From positions 32,001-96,000 of the forward strand of contig OY843751.1 of assembly GCA_963693055.1 (NCBI GenBank): 64,000 nt of DNA, given 5' to 3'. The DNA is from a bacterium. Its GTDB lineage: Bacteria; Zhuqueibacterota; Zhuqueibacteria; Residuimicrobiales; Krinioviventaceae. The notes under the pieces were generated by a model that was not told the origin of the DNA, did no database searches, and was given only the letters and a program-made list of their open reading frames with translations. Below are positions 60,370-64,000 of the stretch, piece by piece (position 1 is the first letter of the stretch; every line of letters begins with the position of its first letter). Position numbers and translations under genes: made by a program.

Positions 60370-60442
60370 GGCGCATTCGTCTAGGGGTTTAGGACGCTGG
60401 CCTCTCACGCCGGTAACACGGGTTCGAATCCCGTATGCGCTG
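60370..60442 (+). tRNA. tRNA-Glu(CTC)
   Basis: Acceptor GGCGCAT/ATGCGCT; arm CTGGC-CT-CTC-AC-GCCGG; GGTTCGAATCC; CCA not encoded. Confidence 0.95.
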
Positions 60443-60460
60443 CGAAAGTATAAAATATAC

Positions 60461-60534
60461 GCGCCCATAGCTCAATTGGATAGAGTGTCTGGCTACGGAC
60501 CAGAAGGTTAGGGGTTCGACTCCCTTTGGGCGCG
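60461..60534 (+). tRNA. tRNA-Arg(ACG)
   Basis: Acceptor GCGCCCA/TGGGCGC; TCTGG-CT-ACG-GA-CCAGA; GGTTCGACTCC. Confidence 0.96.
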
Positions 60535-60558
60535 CTTAAAAAAACGACGGCACCCGAT

Positions 60559-61014
60559 ATGAATGATCATTCAAGTTGGATGCGATTTGCACTGGCTGAA
60601 GCTCAAGAAGCTTATGCCAAAGATGAAGTGCCGATAGGTGCAGTCATTGTGTGCAATGGGGAGATCATTGGCAACGGACATAACCTGGTAGAGACACGCC
60701 AGGATCCCACCGCACATGCTGAAATGCTGGCAATTCAGGCGGCATCACAGGCAAAGCATTCATGGCGATTAGAAGACTGTATTTTGTATACCACACTTGA
60801 GCCCTGTGTTATGTGTGCGGGAGCCATTTTGCTTTCCAGGATCCAGGCAGTGGTGTTTGGAGCATACGATCCCCGATATGGTGCTTGCGGTTCTGCTTTG
60901 CAGATAGCCGACAATGATCGTTTGGATGTCAGGGTCCCCTGTACAGGCGGTGTACTGGAAAAAGAGTGTAGCACTATAATTAAAACTTTTTTTGCCGAGA
61001 TCCGTAAACGGTAA
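60559..61014 (+). CDS. tadA: tRNA adenosine(34) deaminase
   Basis: [26 protein letters not shown]; the listed TTG start lies inside the tRNA, so ATG 60559 is preferred. Confidence 0.95.
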   Translation: MNDHSSWMRFALAEAQEAYAKDEVPIGAVIVCNGEIIGNGHNLVETRQDPTAHAEMLAIQAASQAKHSWRLEDCILYTTLEPCVMCAGAILLSRIQAVVFGAYDPRYGACGSALQIADNDRLDVRVPCTGGVLEKECSTIIKTFFAEIRKR

Positions 61015-61030
61015 CATGAACGCACCAACT

Positions 61031-61115
61031 GGAGAGATGCGAGAGTGGTTGAATCGGGCGGTCTCGAAAACCGTTGTGCCTTCGGGTACCCAGGGTTCGA
61101 ATCCCTGTCTCTCCG
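61031..61115 (+). tRNA. tRNA-Ser(CGA)
   Basis: GGAGAGA/TCTCTCC; GCGGT-CT-CGA-AA-ACCGT; long variable arm. Confidence 0.95.
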
Positions 61116-61139
61116 CACATTAAAAATTTATCTTTACCC

Positions 61140-61225
61140 GGAGAGGTGTCCGAGTGGCTTAAGGAGCACGCTTGGAAAGCGTGTGTAGGCAACCCCTACC
61201 GCGGGTTCGAATCCCGCCCTCTCCG
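61140..61225 (+). tRNA. tRNA-Ser(GGA)
   Basis: GGAGAGG/CCTCTCC; CACGC-TT-GGA-AA-GCGTG; long variable arm. Confidence 0.95.
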
Positions 61226-61307
61226 CTTTCAACTTGTCATTATTTGACAAGTTCTTTTTTTATATGGCTATTGCAAAGCCATAATTGAAAAATTTATTTG
61301 AAATGTA

Positions 61308-61404
61308 AGCCAGGCCCTGCGCAACGGAGGCGTGCTAAACCCCGTCAGGACCGGAAGGTAGCAGCGGTAGGTACACAATCTGTGTGCCGCAGGATCACCT
61401 GGCT
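61308..61404 (+). ncRNA. ffs: Signal recognition particle 4.5S RNA
   Basis: GTCAGGACCGGAAGGTAGCAGC core; closing stem AGCCAGG/CCTGGCT; directly upstream of dnaX. Confidence 0.93.
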
Positions 61405-61433
61405 ATTAATTTGAACAAGCAAGCGGTATCGAT

Positions 61434-63113
61434 ATGTCTTATTTGGTTTTGGCCAGAAAATACCGACCCATGTTTTTTGATGATGTAGTGGGCCAGCAGC
61501 ACGTTACCCGTACGCTGCAAAATGCCATTGAGCAGAACCGTCTTGCTAATGCCTATCTTTTTTCCGGTCCGCGTGGTGTAGGTAAGACCACGGTTGCCAG
61601 AATTCTATCCAAAGCTTTAAACTGCGAAAACGGTCCTACTATCAGTCCATGTAATACCTGTTCATTCTGTCGGGAAATTAACGAAAGTCGAAGTCTGGAT
61701 GTTTTCGAGATTGATGGTGCGTCTAACCGTGGTATTGATGAAGTTAGAAATCTGCGTGAGAGTTTGCGCTATTCTCCCAATCCCGGAAAGCATCGTATCT
61801 ATATCATTGATGAAGTTCACATGCTCACCAATGAAGCGTTTAACGCTTTATTAAAGACACTTGAAGAACCCCCAAAAAATGTCTTGTTTGTCTTTGCCAC
61901 GACCGAGGCCCACAAGCTTCCGGCAACTATTTTGTCCCGTTGTCAGCGTTTTGATTTTAAGCGTATTACCAACAAGGGATTAATTGAGCAGCTAAAGAAC
62001 CTTTGTGAACAGGAAAATATCGAGATTGAAGATGAGGCTTTGCGACATATTGCTAACAAGGGTGATGGCAGTATGCGTGACTCGCAAAGTATTCTTGATC
62101 AAATTATTGCCTATGCTGGTAAAACCATTACCGGTGCGGATGTAGAAAATCTGCTGGGAATTATCAATCAGGAACTGTTCTTTCAGGTGAGCGATCTGAT
62201 CCTGCAGGGAGATGTTGAAGGTGGTGTTCAGCTGGCTGCCAAGATTTTTATTGAGGGATATGATTTCAGCGAGTTCCTGATGGGTTTGTCTGAACATTTG
62301 AGAAATATTCTGGTTGCCAAGGCTACACAATCTACAGAAGAACTGGATGTTTCCGAAGAGTATGCGCAACGTTACCTTGCTGTTGTTGATGCGTTTGAAG
62401 TTGAAGATTTGCTGAGGCTGGTGAAAATTGCCAGCGAGACAGAAACACTGATAAGGCGCAGCTCTAATGCGCGCCTGCATCTTGAAGTGGCGCTTGTTAA
62501 AATGATAAAGCTGAGCAAAAGCGTTACAGTGAATCAGTTGTTTCAAAAACTTGATGACGTAAAAAAAAAAGCTGATTTCGTAACAAAAACGGATACAGTT
62601 CAACCCCAGGCCCAATCCAAACCGGCACCTGCCAGAAAATTCTCCATCGATCTTATAAAAAAGCCAGAAGCAACCCAGGTGAAAAGTGAATCAAAAACGG
62701 ATGATGCGGATTCTTCCGAAACGGATACAACACTAACTCTTGAAGATATTGAAGCCGTATGGGAAAAAGTGCTGAATCAGGTGAGAGACCAACGTATTAA
62801 TGTGGGTTCCTGTTTGACCGAGGGCTGGCCAACGCGGGTAAATGGTCCGATTTTGGAAATCTCCTTTAATCCTCAAAATGGTTTTCAAATGAGTACGGTT
62901 GAGCGAAACAAGTCGATCATTCAGGAAGCCATACAAAACCACACCGGTCAGTCATTGCGTATAAATTGTGTTCCGGATAAAAAAGGCGTATTGGAAGAAG
63001 TGAGAAAGATTGCGCCACCACCGGATAAAAAAGAAGAGTTTGAAAAGCTGGTTAAAGAAAATAAATCAATGCAAAACATTGTTGATACTTTTGATGCTGA
63101 ATTTGTAGAATAA
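61434..63113 (+). CDS. dnaX: DNA polymerase III subunit gamma/tau
   Basis: LARKYRP, GPRGVGKTT, EIDGAS, IIDEVHML, SRC. Confidence 0.98.
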   Translation: MSYLVLARKYRPMFFDDVVGQQHVTRTLQNAIEQNRLANAYLFSGPRGVGKTTVARILSKALNCENGPTISPCNTCSFCREINESRSLDVFEIDGASNRGIDEVRNLRESLRYSPNPGKHRIYIIDEVHMLTNEAFNALLKTLEEPPKNVLFVFATTEAHKLPATILSRCQRFDFKRITNKGLIEQLKNLCEQENIEIEDEALRHIANKGDGSMRDSQSILDQIIAYAGKTITGADVENLLGIINQELFFQVSDLILQGDVEGGVQLAAKIFIEGYDFSEFLMGLSEHLRNILVAKATQSTEELDVSEEYAQRYLAVVDAFEVEDLLRLVKIASETETLIRRSSNARLHLEVALVKMIKLSKSVTVNQLFQKLDDVKKKADFVTKTDTVQPQAQSKPAPARKFSIDLIKKPEATQVKSESKTDDADSSETDTTLTLEDIEAVWEKVLNQVRDQRINVGSCLTEGWPTRVNGPILEISFNPQNGFQMSTVERNKSIIQEAIQNHTGQSLRINCVPDKKGVLEEVRKIAPPPDKKEEFEKLVKENKSMQNIVDTFDAEFVE

Positions 63114-63126
63114 CCAAGGAGCGTTT

Positions 63127-63450
63127 ATGAATAAAGCAGCTATGGGCAATCTGATGAAACAGGCCCAAAAAATGCAAAGAGACATGGAAAAAGCACAGGA
63201 AAACCTGGCAAGCATAGAGGTAGAAGGTACCGCAGGTGGCGGAATGGTAAATGTAAAAGCAACTGCCGCTCAGCAGATCCTTGAGATTAAAATTAATCCC
63301 GAAGTAGTTGATCCTGATGACGTAGAAATGCTTGAAGACCTGGTGCTTGCTGCTGTAAATCAGGCGATGGAAAACGCCAAAGCGCGCGGAGAACAGGAAA
63401 TGGCCAAAGTTACTCCGAATATGGGCAACATGAAGATCCCGGGCTTTTAA
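63127..63450 (+). CDS. ybaB: YbaB/EbfC nucleoid-associated protein
   Basis: MKQAQKMQ, AGGGMV, DDVEMLEDLV; between dnaX and recR. Confidence 0.95.
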   Translation: MNKAAMGNLMKQAQKMQRDMEKAQENLASIEVEGTAGGGMVNVKATAAQQILEIKINPEVVDPDDVEMLEDLVLAAVNQAMENAKARGEQEMAKVTPNMGNMKIPGF

Positions 63451-63467
63451 TAAAAAGCGAATAGATT

Positions 63468-64000
63468 ATGAAGTACTCATCCGAAGCTGTTGAACGTGCA
63501 ATACACGAACTCAGCAAATTGCCGGGGATTGGCCGAAAGTCTGCCCAACGGCATGTTTTTTATTTGTTAAAAGTGCCGGCAGAAGAAGTGCAGGGACTGG
63601 CAAAAGCGTTGACCGATTTGAAAGAAAAGGTTAAGCACTGTACAATTTGTTTCAATATTACAGAAGATGATCCTTGTGATATCTGCCGTAGTGAACGACG
63701 CGATAAAAAGACCCTGTGCGTTGTTGAAGAAGCCAATGATATTATTGCCTTTGAAAAAACAGGTGAATACAAGGGATTGTACCATGTGTTGGGTGGAGTT
63801 TTGTCTCCATTGGATGGGGTAGGACCTGATGATTTGCGAATCAAAGAATTGCTTGCGCGCTTGAAAGATGATATTCAAGAGATCATTATTGCTACCAATC
63901 CCAACACCGAGGGTGAAGCCACAGCGATATATCTTGCCAAGTTGATAAAACCCATGGGGATTAAATTGTCTCGCATTGCCCGGGGAATACCGGTAGGTGC
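63468..64000 (+). CDS. recR: Recombination mediator RecR (runs off the window)
   Basis: Translated by hand: LSKLPGIGRKSAQR, CTIC...CDIC, YHVLGG.LSPLDG, ATNPNTEGEAT. Confidence 0.97.
   Translation, partial: MKYSSEAVERAIHELSKLPGIGRKSAQRHVFYLLKVPAEEVQGLAKALTDLKEKVKHCTICFNITEDDPCDICRSERRDKKTLCVVEEANDIIAFEKTGEYKGLYHVLGGVLSPLDGVGPDDLRIKELLARLKDDIQEIIIATNPNTEGEATAIYLAKLIKPMGIKLSRIARGIPVG

Noticed and set aside
60370-61225. tRNA genes as integration sites for an island or prophage
   Set aside because: No integrase nearby, and I noticed no duplicated tRNA 3' end in the window.

Overview
64 kb of bacterial chromosome. Several secreted proteins end in a 'QNYPNPFN...Y(F/Y)Y(R/K)L...K(M/L)' C-terminal sorting domain, which suggests an FCB-group lineage such as KSB1 or Calditrichota (inference). 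Housekeeping blocks lie at both ends: secD-secF-STAS-purA, and tRNA-Glu/tRNA-Arg/tadA/2x tRNA-Ser/ffs/dnaX/ybaB/recR. The accessory middle holds a hybrid two-component pair, a glycan-degradation cluster (BNR pseudogene, GH95, DUF1593, Tat sulfatase), secreted M4 and S8 proteases, a Tat-exported PaoABC/Xdh-type molybdoenzyme with Moco maturation genes, two tandem VIT+TonB-C paralogs and a duplicated TonB-dependent receptor module. REP-like palindromes are common, and several genes are decayed. The best candidate for an undescribed system is a 1,832-bp segment (24397-26228) encoding only two DUF1670-like paralogs. It is bounded by 15-bp inverted repeats built on a CATATG core and sits between a peptidase stop codon and a terminator-like hairpin. 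It looks like a mobile element with no recognised transposase. All family calls are from motif recognition by eye; no searches were run.
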